A stretch of 64,000 bases of DNA from Cetorhinus maximus (Eukaryota). The DNA lies in contig NC_135897.1 of NCBI RefSeq assembly GCF_964194155.1, positions 84,382,001-84,446,000 on the forward strand. Direction: 5' to 3'. Positions 63,925-64,000 of this stretch are shown here, piece after piece. A program made the position numbers and the translations under genes. The notes under the pieces were generated by a model. It made no database searches. It saw nothing but the letters and a program-made list of their open reading frames with translations, and had not been told where the DNA came from. Positions within the stretch are counted from its first letter, which is position 1, and the number at the start of each line of letters is the position of its first letter.

Positions 63925-64000
63925 CACACATACGAATTTGGAGCAGGAGTAGGCCACTCAGCCCCTCAAGCCTGCTCCGCCATCCAATTATATCATGGCT
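63925..64000 (-). mobile_element. CR1 3' tail, runs off the window
   Basis: ggagcaggagtaggccactcagcccctcaagcctgctccgcc. Confidence 0.8.

Noticed and set aside
1-64000. CRISPR arrays, prokaryotic operons, rRNA or endogenous virus
   Set aside because: I saw no spaced direct repeats, gene-dense region or viral motifs. The only LTR-type coding sequence is a Gypsy RT remnant.

Overview
Repeat-rich vertebrate DNA, very probably from a shark or ray. That assignment is inferred from dense CR1/L2/RTE/Penelope debris plus DeuSINE (SacSINE1-like) copies. The window holds a tandem, all-minus-strand cluster of P2Y12/13/14-GPR87-GPR171-group GPCR genes, each with a single coding exon. Two intact paralogues (7365-8441, 19958-20995) carry ATRY instead of DRY. 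There is one intact P2RY14-like gene (36026-36994) and one multiply disabled P2RY14-like pseudogene (50113-51055). A duplicated upstream block (1-2405 vs 9786-13358) predicts another paralogue just left of the window. The P2RY14-like pair is mosaic: about 95% identical over TM1-TM3 but only about 62% over ECL2 by hand count. The rest is nested transposon debris: a Tigger interrupted by a CR1 and a Harbinger-type MITE, a chimeric Myb-bearing Harbinger derivative, a Gypsy fragment, and Penelope ends with minimal hammerhead ribozyme motifs. I recognised no host-gene exon such as MED12L. I found no clear-cut new system; the best lead is the diversifying receptor array. Repeat boundaries were read by eye and are approximate.
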